Shown here: piece after piece, positions 20,703-29,740 of the stretch
Position numbering within the stretch: position 1 is the first letter of the stretch
How the letters are laid out: the number at the start of each line of letters is the position of its first letter
IMG/VR virus record: IMGVR_UViG_2534682160_000015
Location: 1-42,406 of that record
Source of the DNA: a virus
Taxonomy: Duplodnaviria > Heunggongvirae > Uroviricota > Caudoviricetes
Length of the DNA stretch: 42,406 nucleotides
Reading direction: 5' to 3' (one strand)
The notes under the pieces: generated by a model
Told to the model about the DNA's origin: nothing
Seen by the model: the letters and a program-made list of their open reading frames with translations, nothing else
Databases searched by the model: none
Program-made: the position numbers and the translations under genes

Positions 20703-22118
20703 TCAACCTACACCACAAGGAATTGAGTAACTGGAATAGTCGGGTTGCGCAGCCGACTCCGGGCAATGCATACACATCATCAGCGCATCAGCCAGGTTAG
20801 GAGATGGAATACCGAGCTTCTGCTTCATTTCGACCTTAGTCATAAGCTCCAGCTTCCCGTTGTTATTGAATTTGCGCTGAATCTGCGTCAGTTCTGCAAA
20901 CAGCTTCTCCAGCATCTTCTCGCCTATTGCTTCTTTGTCGAAACTCAGCATGTCGTCGGGGTCTGCATACTCACCGTGGACAACCGCCCGATATGTCAGA
21001 TAAAGCCTGTCAGCCAGCGCGTAATAGAATTGCGCTCGCTTATTGCGGAACACATCACCAATAGTGCGAACGTTGTCGCCCTGTACGACTTCATCAGCCC
21101 ATGCTCCGGCCTGATACGGTGCATCTTCATCGAATGGCGATTCGCTGCCCTTGAACATCGTGGCGGTGATTTTCTTGCCGGAGAACGCTTCCGTTGTCTG
21201 TCTGCGTAGCCCGGCACCAACACCATCACCATCCCACAGGTAATGGTCAGCGCCGTCTTCAATCGCCAGCGAAGTAGCCCAGTCAGCGCCCTCGTTGATG
21301 TCCATCAGCAGACCTTCGGCAATACGCTTAACTACCGAACCGTGACGCGATGCATAACCTTTGGCATCCGGCCCTGTATCTGATGGGTCATGCGCAGAGA
21401 CAACAGCGCCTTTCGCTTTCCATCCGAGTTTCTTGTGCGCATCGGTTGCGGCTTCAAGCCATTCACGTTTGATGATTGCCATATCACTTGCGCTTACCGG
21501 CTCACCAAGCCAGATGTGACGATACAGTGTCGGGTTTCTGCGTTTACACTCTTCCATCTCCAGACGGAGAACTTCAGGAAAGTGCGGGTTGTCGGTGTAG
21601 TTCACCGTCAGCAGACAAATATCATCGGGAGGGTTTACTACGAATCGCTGATAGGTATCGTCGAGGATGTTTTTCGGGTTGAAGCTCACCCATATTTCGG
21701 AAAATGGCTTGCGGATGGTTGGTATCAGGATATCCCATGATTCCTTCGTTACCGCTTCCGCTTCCTCCACCCAGCAGATATCAATGCCTTCGAGCGATTT
21801 AATCTTCGTCGGGTTGTTTTTGATGCCGTAGAACATGAACTCAGCATTCGTTCCGAGATGACGAATCATGGAACGCTGAATTTCAAACTCAGCCGAATAC
21901 CATTCCCGCTCGATAGTGTCTTCAAGCAACCGGATTACCGAATCACTGATACTGTTTTGCAGTTCACGAGCGCAGAGAATACGCACTGGCTGCCGACGCG
22001 CCGCTTCAACAAGCAGCCTCGCAATTGCCCATGACTTACCGCTACCTCGACCGCCTTTGGCGACTTTGTAGCGATGCGCCTCAATGAACGGTTCAAAGAT
22101 AGGATTAATCGAGGTCAT
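20703..22118 (-). CDS. Terminase large subunit
   Basis: 471 aa with a Walker A-like KGGRGSGKSW and acidic nuclease-domain motifs; directly downstream of the small-subunit gene with a 4-nt overlap. Confidence 0.9.
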   Translation of the reverse strand: MTSINPIFEPFIEAHRYKVAKGGRGSGKSWAIARLLVEAARRQPVRILCARELQNSISDSVIRLLEDTIEREWYSAEFEIQRSMIRHLGTNAEFMFYGIKNNPTKIKSLEGIDICWVEEAEAVTKESWDILIPTIRKPFSEIWVSFNPKNILDDTYQRFVVNPPDDICLLTVNYTDNPHFPEVLRLEMEECKRRNPTLYRHIWLGEPVSASDMAIIKREWLEAATDAHKKLGWKAKGAVVSAHDPSDTGPDAKGYASRHGSVVKRIAEGLLMDINEGADWATSLAIEDGADHYLWDGDGVGAGLRRQTTEAFSGKKITATMFKGSESPFDEDAPYQAGAWADEVVQGDNVRTIGDVFRNKRAQFYYALADRLYLTYRAVVHGEYADPDDMLSFDKEAIGEKMLEKLFAELTQIQRKFNNNGKLELMTKVEMKQKLGIPSPNLADALMMCMHCPESAAQPDYSSYSIPCGVG

Positions 22119-22642
22119 TTTCCGAATAGAGTGCTCATCGGTGATGTTTCAATCTGAATTGCGCCGCCGTCTTTGCCTGTTAGTTCGTGAGAAGCTTGTT
22201 CTTTAAACGCCTGAACAGAAACATGCTTACCAAGAAGTTCGAGGTTTTTAACCTTATCAGGCCATTTGATTTTCTTCAGAAGTGCGGCGCTATCTGCGGA
22301 TACCATCTCCACGACATCCATTCCTGATAGCGTTGTGCGCCATACCTTAGGCCAGTCTTTAATTGGCTTTAACTCGCCGTTTTGCAGGAGAATGTCGAGC
22401 ACATCCATCTGGTCGATTTCAATAAGGCGATTAAGTACATATTCTGCATTAATACCAACAAGATCATTGCGTTGCGCTTTCAGTTCGGAGATTCTTAACT
22501 TGATATCAGGTTTTGACAGGTTTTCGGATGCGGTACGGTTAGCTGTCTTTGCGCTGTACCCCGCCCGAATAGCCGCTTGCGTGGCATTTAAATCGATGAG
22601 GTACTCGCGACAGAACATTTCTTGTTTGTCGGTGAGTGCCAT
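22115..22642 (-). CDS. Terminase small subunit
   Basis: 175 aa; MALTDKQEMFCREYLIDLNATQAAIRAGYS is the typical small-terminase N-terminal HTH motif. Confidence 0.8.
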   Translation of the reverse strand: MALTDKQEMFCREYLIDLNATQAAIRAGYSAKTANRTASENLSKPDIKLRISELKAQRNDLVGINAEYVLNRLIEIDQMDVLDILLQNGELKPIKDWPKVWRTTLSGMDVVEMVSADSAALLKKIKWPDKVKNLELLGKHVSVQAFKEQASHELTGKDGGAIQIETSPMSTLFGK

Positions 22643-22668
22643 TTTTTACTTCCCATAAGGAGATTGTT

Positions 22669-22851
22669 ATGAACGATGACTTTAAAACAGGTGACATTGT
22701 TAAACTGAAATCAGGCGGACCTGACATGACTATCAGGTCATTTTCATCTACCCACGGTAACTCTTTTCTTTGTCAATGGTTTGCTGGCAAGAAGCTTGAG
22801 CAAGGATATTTCAAACCGGAATCTCTTGAGCGCGTTACCCCAAAGCCATAG
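22669..22851 (+). CDS. Small DUF2158-like (YodC-family) protein
   Basis: 60 aa from ATG 22669 (AAGGAG 6 nt upstream): MNDDFKTGDIVKLKSGGPDMTI...CQWF...GYF. On the opposite strand to the flanking late genes. Confidence 0.55.
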   Translation: MNDDFKTGDIVKLKSGGPDMTIRSFSSTHGNSFLCQWFAGKKLEQGYFKPESLERVTPKP

Positions 22852-22895
22852 TCCCAAACACACCAACCTTAACTCTTGATGATATTTCATCATGG

Positions 22896-23135
22896 ATGAT
22901 GTCCGTTTTATCAACAGAGGGTTGCCTTTATCAGCAGGATGTTGTGGATTATCTCGTTAAACAACATAACGAGCAGCACCTCAAAGAAAATGCGGATGGC
23001 AACCAAGCGCTATCAACAAAAGTGATTAATAAATTCAGGGTTGATAGCGGTGAAAGTGTTGTTTGGGTTAAGCCAGATAAGTACTGGCGTTTCCGTGTGC
23101 CTGAAGACGAAAACGGTCGTGAAGCTCGCGGTTAA
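22896..23135 (+). CDS. Hypothetical protein (second plus-strand gene)
   Basis: 79-aa ORF downstream of the DUF2158-like gene on the same strand; start uncertain (no clear RBS at 22896); a hairpin follows it. Confidence 0.4.
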   Translation: MMSVLSTEGCLYQQDVVDYLVKQHNEQHLKENADGNQALSTKVINKFRVDSGESVVWVKPDKYWRFRVPEDENGREARG

Positions 23136-23154
23136 ACTAATCAACGATAAAAGG

Positions 23155-23175
23155 CAGCATGTTGAGTGCTGCCAT
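23155..23175. terminator. Hairpin terminator shared by convergent genes 22896-23135 (+) and 23211-23453 (-)
   Basis: GGCAGC-N9-GCTGCC; on the minus strand it is followed by TTTTAT, on the plus strand it is preceded by AAAA. Confidence 0.4.
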
Positions 23176-23210
23176 ATTCATCTCACTTATTTGTTATTTC
23201 AGGTTGAGCA

Positions 23211-23453
23211 TCATGCTCCGGTAGTGAACAGGTCTAACGCTTCCTTCGATTTACGCACCGCTTCGATAGTTCGGGTCGTGATATCTGAATTAGCGCCACC
23301 TGACTGGAAGTGAATTTTGAATAGCTCAAGCTTCAGCTCGTCAGTGCCAATGAATTGAAATGCTTCTTCTGCGGCTGCGTTCTGGTTCATGACCAGTTTG
23401 TAAATCTCTAACTGGAATTTCTGTTCTTCAGTCATGGGAATAATCTCTGCCAT
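23211..23453 (-). CDS. Hypothetical protein
   Basis: 80-aa ORF with GGAG 6 nt upstream of the ATG; lies between the lysis-side genes and small terminase; no recognisable motifs. Confidence 0.5.
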   Translation of the reverse strand: MAEIIPMTEEQKFQLEIYKLVMNQNAAAEEAFQFIGTDELKLELFKIHFQSGGANSDITTRTIEAVRKSKEALDLFTTGA

Positions 23454-23749
23454 TGTTGGCTCCGTTTATCCGTTAAAAGGGATATCAGTTAAGTTATCCC
23501 GTGTAGGGTATAAGCCATTGCCGAGACCACTCATTGAATGGCCTCTGCAATAACCGATGTCTTTCCATCAGTCCGCCACCACAAAGAATCTTTTTTGCCA
23601 TAAGGCAGGAGGTTCATCTTTCAGTGGCTGCCAGTGTTATTTCCCCCACTTACTGGCTTGGGTTGTTTCGTGGTACTGCCGTTAACTGGTGGCCCAGAAT
23701 AAATTCCGGTTTCATTATCAAGCCCACCCGTAAATGGGCTTTGTAATGG

Positions 23750-24025
23750 CTACTTCACTTTTGCTTTTGCTTTTGCTTTTGCTTCCGCTCGCTTACGCCG
23801 GCGCTCTTCTTTCCTCTCGGCTTTTGCCATGTCCATGAATGCCTGCATGATCGAGTTCCGCATCATGTAGCTAACAAAGTGATGATTGACACAGCCGTTG
23901 AGGCGCAGCTGCTCGCCAAACTCATCCACCGAGGCCAATGCTTCCATCATGCCCTTCTCGCCTTTCATGAACTCTGAGAAGTCGCGCCCCGCTCTGGAGG
24001 CGCATTCAATGACACGATCACTCAT
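23750..24025 (-). CDS. Hypothetical protein with basic (AK)n C-terminal tail
   Basis: 91 aa; 4-nt overlap with the upstream KilA-N gene; the C-terminus KRAEAKAKAKAKVK is encoded by a tandem hexanucleotide repeat. Confidence 0.5.
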   Translation of the reverse strand: MSDRVIECASRAGRDFSEFMKGEKGMMEALASVDEFGEQLRLNGCVNHHFVSYMMRNSIMQAFMDMAKAERKEERRRKRAEAKAKAKAKVK

Positions 24026-24519
24026 CCCGGAAGCCCGGGGATCGTAATCTGCAGCTGGTTAGCCAGGGAGTTAATCTCAGCGACCAACACTGGCTTCGTA
24101 TAGCGCCATGCTGCCAGCCCTTGTCCGCAGAAGCTCGCCATGTCTTTCTTCTGGTCAAACTCATGACATTTCATGTTGAGCTGCGCACTTAAGCTGTTGC
24201 GATGCTGAAGTTCTCCGGTGAAGTAGTCATCGAGGACTTTATAGGCCGCGTACTTGAACCCGGGGTTTAACCAAGCCGCATAATCGTAAGCAACAAACTT
24301 CCCGCCATATGTTCCACCGTGTACACCGCGCTCAGTAAAAACCACAGATTCGTGGTTTTTCTCCAGCTCGGCTAAGAACTCTTTGGTCTGCTTGTTTCGC
24401 AGGTAGTGGTAAGGCGATTCAGATTCACTTTTACCACTGGCTTTCCACATATCAGTGAGGCAGATCATGCCATCTTCACCGATACGAATTGGTTGATTGA
24501 AGAGGGTTAATGATTTCAT
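24022..24519 (-). CDS. KilA-N domain protein
   Basis: 165 aa; EDGMICLTDMWKASGKSESESPYHYLRNKQTKEFLAEL fits the KilA-N pattern as I recall it (D-G-x-x-N/L-x-T...K-A-x-G-K...T-x-E-F). Confidence 0.55.
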   Translation of the reverse strand: MKSLTLFNQPIRIGEDGMICLTDMWKASGKSESESPYHYLRNKQTKEFLAELEKNHESVVFTERGVHGGTYGGKFVAYDYAAWLNPGFKYAAYKVLDDYFTGELQHRNSLSAQLNMKCHEFDQKKDMASFCGQGLAAWRYTKPVLVAEINSLANQLQITIPGLPG

Positions 24520-24718
24520 AGCGTGTACCTACTCTTTGAAATGAACCTTTGCCGCACAGGAAACCAGCCCACCGAGGCTCGCCAGCACTAACTGGTATCC
24601 TCAAAGGCCCATTCCAAAGGGGCAGGTTCGGTGTAAAAACATGCGTTGCGGTACGCATTTATTGCAAAAAGCCCCGCATCGCGAGGCTCATTAAATGGAC
24701 TTTGTGATTTGCAAAAAA

Positions 24719-25156
24719 TTATTTCAGGCATTGCGTCCTGATGTATTCCTGCAGGTAGTTAACCTGCGCGGTTATCTTGTCGATTCCACTTCGGAGACGG
24801 TAATAATTGAGTTCAGCATCTGCTGTAAGTCCTGGGCTTTCTCCATCGCCCATGCCGCTGGCTCCGGTCGTTGACTTTGCACAGGTGGCGGCGACTTGCA
24901 GGCGCTTACGACCAGCAGAAACATCAGCACGGAGGCTTTCGATAGTCGCGTTAGCATCAGCAAGCTCCTTTGTGTATCTGGCGTCGAGTTCTGCTACATC
25001 ACGTTGACGCTTCTGCATGTCAGCAATTGTGGATGCGGCCTTATCGCGCTGCTCTTTGTAGGCGATGGCGTTATCACGGTAGTGATTAACAGCCCATGAC
25101 AGGCAAACGATGATGCAGATAACCAGAGCGGAGATAATCGCGGTTACTCTGCTCAT
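24719..25156 (-). CDS. Rz: Rz i-spanin
   Basis: 145 aa with an N-terminal transmembrane segment and coiled-coil periplasmic domain; immediately after R with a 4-nt overlap. Confidence 0.85.
   Translation of the reverse strand: MSRVTAIISALVICIIVCLSWAVNHYRDNAIAYKEQRDKAASTIADMQKRQRDVAELDARYTKELADANATIESLRADVSAGRKRLQVAATCAKSTTGASGMGDGESPGLTADAELNYYRLRSGIDKITAQVNYLQEYIRTQCLK
24772..24963 (-). CDS. Rz1: Rz1 o-spanin (lipoprotein), embedded in the +1 frame of Rz
   Basis: Signal peptide with lipobox (LLVVSAC) followed by a Pro-rich mature region ([16 protein letters not shown]), resembling lambda Rz1; entirely inside Rz. Confidence 0.75.
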   Translation of the reverse strand: MLMLTRLSKASVLMFLLVVSACKSPPPVQSQRPEPAAWAMEKAQDLQQMLNSIITVSEVESTR

Positions 25157-25629
25157 ACCTCAATCTCTCTGACCGTTCCGCCAGCTTCTTTGAATTTTGC
25201 AATCAGACTGTCAGCCTTATGCTCGAACTGACCATAACCAGCGCCCGGCAGTGAAGCCCATATATTGCTGCAACGGTCGATAGCCTGACGGATATCACCG
25301 CGATCAATCATCGGCAAAGCGCCACGCTCCTTAATCTGCTGCAATGCAACAGCGTCCTGGCTTTTCGGAGAGAAGTCTTTCAGGCCAAGCTGCTTACGAT
25401 AGGCATCCCACCAACGGGAAAGAAGCTGGTAACGTCCGGCTGCTGTTGATTTGAGTTTTTGGTTTAGCGTGACAAGTTTGCGAGGGTGATCGGAGTAATC
25501 AGTGAATAACTCTCCGCCAACAATGACGTCATAACCATGATTTCTGGTTTTCTGTCGTCCGTTATCAGTTCCCTCTGACCACGCCAGCATATCGAGGAAC
25601 GCCTTACGTTGATTATTGATTTCCACCAT
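25153..25629 (-). CDS. R: Endolysin R (lytic transglycosylase)
   Basis: 158 aa, [51 protein letters not shown]..., essentially identical to lambda R as I recall it. Confidence 0.95.
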   Translation of the reverse strand: MVEINNQRKAFLDMLAWSEGTDNGRQKTRNHGYDVIVGGELFTDYSDHPRKLVTLNQKLKSTAAGRYQLLSRWWDAYRKQLGLKDFSPKSQDAVALQQIKERGALPMIDRGDIRQAIDRCSNIWASLPGAGYGQFEHKADSLIAKFKEAGGTVREIEV

Positions 25630-25936
25630 CTTCTACTCCGGCTTTTTTAGCAGCGAAGCGTTTGATAAGCGAACCAATCGAGTCAGTACCGATGTAGCCG
25701 ATGAACACGCTCGTTATATAAGCGAGATTGCTACTTAGTCCGGCGAAGTCGAGAAGGTCACGAATGAACCAGGCGATAATGGCGCACATCGTTGCGTCGA
25801 TTACTGTTTTTGTAAACGCACCGCCATTATATCTGCCGCGAAGGTACGCCATTGCAAACGCAAGGATTGCCCCGATGCCTTGTTCCTTTGCCGCGAGAAT
25901 GGCGGCTAACAGGTCATGTTTTTCTGGCATCTTCAT
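25613..25936 (-). CDS. S: Holin S (class I, dual start S107/S105)
   Basis: 107 aa [39 protein letters not shown]..., essentially identical to lambda S, with the lambda-type leader (CCCCTTATTGGGGGTAAGACATGAAGATG) upstream. Confidence 0.95.
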   Translation of the reverse strand: MKMPEKHDLLAAILAAKEQGIGAILAFAMAYLRGRYNGGAFTKTVIDATMCAIIAWFIRDLLDFAGLSSNLAYITSVFIGYIGTDSIGSLIKRFAAKKAGVEDGGNQ

Positions 25937-26178
25937 GTCTTACCCCCAATAAGGGGATTTGCTCTATTTAATTAGGAATAAGGTCGATTACTGATAGAAC
26001 AAATCCAGGCTACTGTGTTTAGTAATCAGATTTGTTCGTGACCGATATGCACGGGCAAAACGGCATGAGGTTGTTAGCGCAACCTCCTGCCACCCGCTTT
26101 CACGAAGGTCATGTGTAGAAGGCCGCAGCATAACTATCACTGATGAATTCAGGATAGCCAGTGGCTACGGCTCAGTTA

Positions 26179-26254
26179 TGGTGCTGGTTAACGGACTTGA
26201 ACCGCTACCAATTCGCTTACAAGGCGACTGCTCTACCATTGGAGCTAAACCAGC
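26179..26254 (-). tRNA. tRNA-Thr (anticodon UGU)
   Basis: Hand-folded cloverleaf on the minus strand: 7-bp acceptor GCTGGTT/AACCAGC, D-arm GCTC-CAATGGTA-GAGC, anticodon loop CTTGTAA, T-arm AGCGG-TTCAAGT-CCGTT, discriminator A, encoded CCA. Coordinates ±1. Confidence 0.7.
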
Positions 26255-26259
26255 ATATT

Positions 26260-26334
26260 TGGCGGGACAGCGTGGACTCGAACCACGATAAGAAGGTTAA
26301 CAGCCTTCCGTAATGACCTTTATACGACTGACCC
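26260..26334 (-). tRNA. tRNA-Asn (anticodon GUU)
   Basis: Hand-folded on the minus strand: acceptor GGGTCAG/CTGTCCC (one mismatch), 3-4-bp D-stem, anticodon stem GAAGG/CCTTC with loop CTGTTAA, T-arm CGTGG-TTCGAGT-CCACG, discriminator G, CCA. 5 nt upstream of tRNA-Thr. Coordinates ±1. Confidence 0.6.
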
Positions 26335-26396
26335 AAATAAAAAAGCCACCGTTGCAACTTAAGAGTCACTAACGGCAGCTTACCCTCTAATTATGG

Positions 26397-26915
26397 CTAA
26401 ATGGCTAATTGCATGTCAAGGCTTTTAACAGCAACATGCTTAACTTTCTCAACACGTTTACGCATTTTAAAAGCATTTTGCATTGGTTGGTACAAAACAA
26501 ATAATGACGCTTTCAGGATATCGTCAATTTCGTTTCTACAGGTTGCCAGTGAAGGTTTTCTCCATCCCTCGCCACCGCGTCCACACATCTTGCGTGGCTT
26601 TGCAGTCGCGTGATAGTAGGATGCAATTGCTCTCTTAGATGAACCATGAGCGTAGTAGCTGAGGAGGATGCCAAAGGCTTTCTTGTCAATGTACATGACG
26701 GAATCGACGACCTGAGAAATCAACATTCCATCATCATCATTGCACATTGGCCTTGTCATAACTCTTCCCGGCTCTACGCTCTCCATGAACTTCGCTATTA
26801 CGCTGCTCATGCGCTTTTCAAGACGACCTGAATAAACCCATGCGCCCCACAGTTCAAGCCAGCCATTCAGCCACTCGTGCTGTTCTTTGGTGAGGTTTAG
26901 CTCTCTTATGCTCAT
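26397..26915 (-). CDS. Late-gene antiterminator Q-like protein
   Basis: 172 aa in the position between ninH and the lysis genes; LELWGAWV and RPMCNDDDGM segments resemble the WGAW / CCDDD motifs I recall from the QuuD / phage-82 Q family. Confidence 0.6.
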   Translation of the reverse strand: MSIRELNLTKEQHEWLNGWLELWGAWVYSGRLEKRMSSVIAKFMESVEPGRVMTRPMCNDDDGMLISQVVDSVMYIDKKAFGILLSYYAHGSSKRAIASYYHATAKPRKMCGRGGEGWRKPSLATCRNEIDDILKASLFVLYQPMQNAFKMRKRVEKVKHVAVKSLDMQLAI

Positions 26916-27100
26916 CGTCTTCCCTTTTTGCCTGGCGTGACCATCAGGACGCCGTTAACTATTACGTGACGCTCGCCTTTGCTGTCTCGGTTGTACTTGA
27001 GCACTGTTCCTCTTGCGCAGGAAAGCATCCTTGCCACTTCGGTCTGATTGCCTCGTGTCTGGATAAGAAGCTCTGGTATCGTTTGAATTGTGGCGTTCAT
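26912..27100 (-). CDS. ninH: NinH-like protein
   Basis: 62 aa; TIPELLIQTRGNQTEVARMLSCARGTVLKYNRD...VNGVLMV resembles recalled lambda NinH. Confidence 0.75.
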   Translation of the reverse strand: MNATIQTIPELLIQTRGNQTEVARMLSCARGTVLKYNRDSKGERHVIVNGVLMVTPGKKGRR

Positions 27101-27459
27101 ACGTTCTCCAGTTCGGTGATTTTTATTCCAAGCCTTCCGCCTGGTACTTTCACACCACGAATTACGCGAATGTCATCGAATTGCTCGTCGTCTTCCGCAA
27201 ATCCGGCGTGGATAAGGGAGTCGAGTAAACCTTTCAGGATGTTGTCGAGGTCGCGGCGGCGGGAGTCTGGAACGTCTGCGATGACTTTGATACGGAGTCG
27301 TGATTTGGTGAAAATGTCTAACTTGAGTTGGCGGATGATTTGCTGAACGTCTTTTCGGTATTTCTGGCCTTTATCGCTGATGTAGTATTGGCTTCCCCGT
27401 CTTCGCCAGTAGGAATTCACCGATGGCGGGTATGGAAGCACAAACTGATATTCGTTCAT
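27097..27459 (-). CDS. rusA: Holliday-junction resolvase RusA
   Basis: 120 aa; LPYPPSVNSYWRRRG...DVPDSRRRDLDNILKGLLDSL...RLGIKITELE matches the RusA family. Confidence 0.85.
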   Translation of the reverse strand: MNEYQFVLPYPPSVNSYWRRRGSQYYISDKGQKYRKDVQQIIRQLKLDIFTKSRLRIKVIADVPDSRRRDLDNILKGLLDSLIHAGFAEDDEQFDDIRVIRGVKVPGGRLGIKITELENV

Positions 27460-27746
27460 GGTTTAATCTTCCCCTCCTTCAGCAGTATCGCCTGCGTCCT
27501 GATCACGCCTTCGAGGTGGTAAAGTCTGGCGTCTTTGTTGTCGAGATTATGGGTGCGTCGGTCGATTTCATCGTGACACGCGCTACAAGCCCATGCGCCG
27601 ATCAGGTCGTCAGGCTTCATTCCCGTTCCGCAAATTCCAGCCATCCGGTAATGTGCCAGAACTGTAGTTTCAGGATTACCATTGCATACGCCGTAAATAC
27701 GTACCTGGCATTCTCTGCCGCGTGCTTCTTTGCGTAGGTTAGCCAT
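27456..27746 (-). CDS. DUF1364 / YbcO-like phage protein
   Basis: 96 aa; MANLRKEARGRECQVRIYGVCNGNPETTVLAHYR...CSACHDEIDRRTH resembles DLP12 YbcO as I recall it. Confidence 0.7.
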   Translation of the reverse strand: MANLRKEARGRECQVRIYGVCNGNPETTVLAHYRMAGICGTGMKPDDLIGAWACSACHDEIDRRTHNLDNKDARLYHLEGVIRTQAILLKEGKIKP

Positions 27747-28015
27747 TATGGTTCACTCCAGTAATTCTCAATTGCAGCAGCCATTCTCTGCATCCACTCA
27801 GCCAGCTTTAACGCGGCTTCTCTTTCAGAACCACATTTAGGGAAATCCTTCATTTCCATGCTGGCCTTATATGTTCTGAATGCCAGGTCTCCGGTAATAA
27901 CCAATTCCTGATCAAGCACCGAGCGTTTATTCCGGTGTTGAACGTAATAGACAGATTCAGTCCGCATTTCTTCTCTGTCTTTTTTGAAGGAAATAAGCTC
28001 AGAGAAATCATTCAT
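27746..28015 (-). CDS. Hypothetical nin-region protein
   Basis: 89-aa ORF, ATG start 4 nt after the ninF stop; no recognisable motif. Confidence 0.5.
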   Translation of the reverse strand: MNDFSELISFKKDREEMRTESVYYVQHRNKRSVLDQELVITGDLAFRTYKASMEMKDFPKCGSEREAALKLAEWMQRMAAAIENYWSEP

Positions 28016-28184
28016 CGTCTTCTTCCTCGTACATTGAGCTATTCGGATCGCTCATCAGTTCTGCGCAGCAATCGGAGCACACGTGAACTTCCAGCACATG
28101 CAGCTTCTGACCGCAGTTAGCGCACGTTAAAGCTCGCTCGACGCTTTCTTTCTGGTATTGAAGGGATTGGGATGGGCTAAGCAT
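28008..28184 (-). CDS. ninF: NinF
   Basis: From the internal ATG (GGTGA RBS): [58 protein letters not shown], nearly identical to recalled lambda NinF; the longer track ORF lacks an RBS. Confidence 0.8.
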   Translation of the reverse strand: MLSPSQSLQYQKESVERALTCANCGQKLHVLEVHVCSDCCAELMSDPNSSMYEEEDDE

Positions 28185-28584
28185 GGCTTTCACCATTAAA
28201 AAGTCGCTTGTAAGCATCAATATCTCGTTTTGCCTCACCAAGCTTTCGTCTTAATTCCATGTTTTCTGATTCAAGCTTTTCCATGTCTTGTTGGTATCGT
28301 TCGCGGTGATCTTTCCATGCTTTTCGATACGCCTTCATGTATGTCGTTTTGGCCTTTCTCTTTGCCTGACGAACAGCGTGATGGTTTTCTACAAACCACT
28401 CAGGGTCGTTAAATGCTGCTCTGGCGCATGTAGACAAATAATTTGCTGCCTCCCTGTTTAGCCAACAAATACTGATAAATGGCAACTTGATAAGCACCAT
28501 TTTTCGTTGAGACTCTTTCTCGCCAAACATGTGCCATTTTTTGATGCTAAGGCCAAATCCAGGTTGAATTAAAAGCATTATCAT
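28177..28584 (-). CDS. Hypothetical protein inserted between ninE and ninF
   Basis: About 135 aa from an ATG overlapping the ninE stop (ATGA); C-terminal charged coiled coil; lambda has no gene here. Confidence 0.45.
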   Translation of the reverse strand: MIMLLIQPGFGLSIKKWHMFGEKESQRKMVLIKLPFISICWLNREAANYLSTCARAAFNDPEWFVENHHAVRQAKRKAKTTYMKAYRKAWKDHRERYQQDMEKLESENMELRRKLGEAKRDIDAYKRLFNGESHA

Positions 28585-28757
28585 TTCCTCGCACGATGTC
28601 TTAGCCACCGGATATCCCACAGGTGAGCCGTGTAGTTGAAGGTTTTTACGTCAGATTCTTTTGGGATTGGCTTGCGTTTATTTCTGGAGCGTTTCGTTGG
28701 AAGGTATTTGCAGTTTTCGCAGATTATGTCGGTGATGCTTCGTCGCTGTCGCCTCAT
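28581..28757 (-). CDS. ninE: NinE
   Basis: 58-aa ORF below the track cutoff, translated by hand: [58 protein letters not shown], matching recalled lambda NinE; its ATG overlaps the ninB stop. Confidence 0.75.
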   Translation of the reverse strand: MRRQRRSITDIICENCKYLPTKRSRNKRKPIPKESDVKTFNYTAHLWDIRWLRHRARK

Positions 28758-29164
28758 TCGTACCTCCTGTCGGTAAACCTGACACCCTGACCAATAGCCC
28801 AGGCTGTTGTGTACTCGATCAGACTTGCCATACGCTTCACGCTCATCTGCGCGCTGCTTTCGCGAATGTTGACGTATTCGCCTTCAAGGCCGGGCAAAAC
28901 ATCAGCTTCCTGTTTTGTTGCCACTGCATGACCGCTGATCAACAAAACCTTCCATTGTTCCGGTTTTAACAATTTGCCGCACCATTGAACCTGACGTGCG
29001 ATATCCGCCAGCATCGCGTGAAATTTTGCGTTCTGGTCAAGATTGCGCTTGTAGTCAGTAATGCGGATGGTGACTGGCTTGTCTTTATCGAGAGGAGTTG
29101 CGAGGATGGCATTTATTGCAGCTTGCTGTTGTTGCTTAGTTCGGAGAAAGATTGTTTGCTTCAT
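28754..29164 (-). CDS. ninB: NinB (Orf-family recombination mediator)
   Basis: 136 aa; [33 protein letters not shown] parallels recalled lambda NinB (RSLDQNRKLWACLGDVSRQVEWHGRWLDAESWK). Confidence 0.75.
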   Translation of the reverse strand: MKQTIFLRTKQQQQAAINAILATPLDKDKPVTIRITDYKRNLDQNAKFHAMLADIARQVQWCGKLLKPEQWKVLLISGHAVATKQEADVLPGLEGEYVNIRESSAQMSVKRMASLIEYTTAWAIGQGVRFTDRRYE

Positions 29165-29499
29165 CGAAAATTCTTCTCTTTAATTCCAGCGGCACTGATA
29201 GCTTTCATTACTGCAATTACCGTTTTGTCACGCCCATCCTCATAACCCATCGCATAAGCACCTTCTTCACCATCTTTCCAAAAGTCGTCATTCGATTCGG
29301 GCCAGTCAATATCCAGTTCAATAGCTGCTCGCGATTCCTGCCACGTTTGCCAGTGGCCTTGAACATCGTCCATCACGTATTGACCACCAATATTACCGCT
29401 GCCAATTTCATGGTGATTTTCAGGGTAACGGATAAGGTCTGAAGATTCGCCTCCACGTCGCAACCAACTTTCTTCAAACTGCTTTCTTGATTCGTCCAT
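29161..29499 (-). CDS. Hypothetical acidic protein
   Basis: 112-aa ORF, GAGGG RBS, 4-nt overlap with ninB; no motif recognised. Confidence 0.5.
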   Translation of the reverse strand: MDESRKQFEESWLRRGGESSDLIRYPENHHEIGSGNIGGQYVMDDVQGHWQTWQESRAAIELDIDWPESNDDFWKDGEEGAYAMGYEDGRDKTVIAVMKAISAAGIKEKNFR

Positions 29500-29516
29500 C
29501 GGTACTTACCCTCAGT

Positions 29517-29723
29517 TCAACTCACAAAACGCCACGCCATTTTTGCTACAGCGACAGGCATAACACCGATAATCACCCAGACAAATGCAGCACCAAACAA
29601 CGTATACCATGGGTCTTTACCGTCATTCACAAGACGAATGTAGCTATGCAGAACAATAAAAAACGCCAGAAGAATCCATCCAACGCCAACGCATTTGAGT
29701 GCGACGAGCATAAACTTAACCAC
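29517..29723 (-). CDS. Small membrane protein (two predicted TM helices)
   Basis: 68 aa, GTG start with GGGGGAGAG 6 nt upstream; two hydrophobic stretches. Confidence 0.45.
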   Translation of the reverse strand: MVKFMLVALKCVGVGWILLAFFIVLHSYIRLVNDGKDPWYTLFGAAFVWVIIGVMPVAVAKMAWRFVS

Positions 29724-29740
29724 GATTTACTCTCCCCCAA

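Noticed and set aside
20745..21740. Plus-strand ORFs of 88-154 aa inside the terminase large subunit region
   Set aside because: Antisense to a well-supported terminase gene.
26040..26178. Possible third tRNA downstream of tRNA-Thr (hairpin GAGGTT-CGCTAAC-AACCTC)
   Set aside because: The loop is not a canonical T-loop and no cloverleaf can be built; the segment matches the lambda leader upstream of S as I recall it, so it is conserved non-coding leader, not a tRNA.
26335..26400. Precise PR' late promoter and qut site downstream of Q
   Set aside because: A TTGACA hexamer lies in the 3' end of the Q ORF but no convincing -10 at correct spacing was found, so no coordinates are called.
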